From Mustelus asterias (taxonomy: Eukaryota): a stretch of 64,000 nt of DNA. Of this stretch, positions 62,696 through 64,000 are shown piece by piece. Within the stretch, counting starts at the first letter, position 1; each line of letters opens with the position of its first letter. The DNA lies in NCBI RefSeq assembly GCF_964213995.1, contig NC_135804.1, positions 111,724,001 to 111,788,000 on the forward strand, given 5' to 3'. Below the pieces are notes generated by a model. That model made no database searches, was not told the DNA's origin, and saw only the letters and a list, made by a program, of their open reading frames with translations. The position numbers and the translations under genes were made by a program.

Positions 62696-64000
62696 CGTTA
62701 CATGTTGAAACATAGGTACAAGTTGGCTGATAACTATGGAGCACAAAATGGTGGTTTAATTTTCATTTTATTCTATTAATATAAATTATGAAACTGATTC
62801 ATTCCTTTGTATTAACATGGAAAGTTTCAAACATCAGTTCAGTAACTATTTAAATATTTTCATTTTATGTCCGAGGAGTTGTTTTGGGAATCCATATTGA
62901 TCAGGAAACAAAACTTAGACGTTGATAATGGACCCATACCACTTTGAAGATCATCCCAAGCCCAGATCCAAGCAACTATTTTTTTTTTACAAACAAAGGC
63001 ACATACTGTTTTTGAGAATATTTATGTTCAGAGACTAGAAAAAATCATTATGAGCCAATCCTAATTTGTTAGCTCATGGGCTAAACAATTTAGTTCAATC
63101 TATATTTCTAAAATTTCTTAAGTTTAAAAGCAATGCAACTTATATGATATTTTGGCGGACAGGACTGCTAATTTGGATTTATGTTCAATAGTTAAGACCT
63201 GTTCCGATAGAACCAAACAAAGGTCCTTACCCCATAACCTTAAGTTTATTGGCAAATTGCTTCAATGGGTAGGAAAATTCTGACCATGGAAGTGACAGTT
63301 GCTTTAACAGTTGTAGATGGTGAATCTGTCATTTTCCCCATTACCCCAGGCTCCAATCCATCAAAGATTTTCTGTTTTACCTTGGGCAGATTTTATGATT
63401 AATAATCCTTTTGAGTGTTGAATGAGTTTTGCTACTTTGATAAATTCACAAATACATTCTTAGAACATCAATCAAAGTTAAATGAAAGGTTCAGCCACAG
63501 AAATGTTCAGAACCATGAGGTTCCTGCTGTTCTTGGAACAGTACTCAAAAGCGTTACAATAAATGTACATACAGCACATGTTTGTGCTGAAGTTGCAGCT
63601 GAGTGAGTTCAAAGTGTGCAGAATCAACATGCCCAATTATTTGTTACACATTAATAAGTTTACTGGACACAAACCCTTTATTAAGAGAAAGATAGAAGCC
63701 AATTGGACAAATAAGTAAAAAAAAAGACTAAAAGAAGTGACAGTAAAAAGAAAATATAATTCACCTTCCAGAAGAAAATAGTGCATGCACTAGCAATAGC
63801 AAGCTTTGCCTGACTGGTACACTGCTTCAATGTGATGCAGTGTACACAGACAAATGGCCAATGATTTATTTTGGAATCAACTAAACTAAAACGCAAATTG
63901 TGTGTAAAGATTGCACAAGACAGTTAGGAGTCATTCCTTGCACTGGGAGCCTTCCTGCTTCACTTGGATCTCAATTCAGTCCAGAAAGTTGTGCTCACCA

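Noticed and set aside
60300-64000. Search for exons of a further gene (e.g. ERCC6L, RPS4X) at the right end
   Set aside because: No recognisable coding exons; AT-rich sequence with old repeat fragments only

Overview
Vertebrate genomic DNA, very probably from a shark or other elasmobranch (inferred from HE1-type V-SINEs, HER1/CR1 LINEs and Deu-type SINEs). It contains two complete genes arranged head-to-head. A group XIIA-type secreted phospholipase A2 lies on the minus strand (4 coding exons, 40346->17344, 186 aa; its third coding intron is GC-AG). PIN4/parvulin-14 lies on the plus strand (4 coding exons, 45143->48963, 126 aa). A CpG island at the left edge carries a 7x18-bp GC-box minisatellite and probably the first exon of a third, unidentified minus-strand gene. 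The rest is mostly decayed retroelements plus a tRNA-Asp pseudogene. The most striking signal is a set of Penelope-like element (PLE) ends carrying minimal hammerhead-ribozyme motifs with covarying helices. These include tiny 200-250 bp palindromic insertions with clean target-site duplications that consist only of an inverted pair of PLE ends plus a short one-sided tail. All coordinates were read by eye: exon boundaries are exact to my count, repeat boundaries are approximate.
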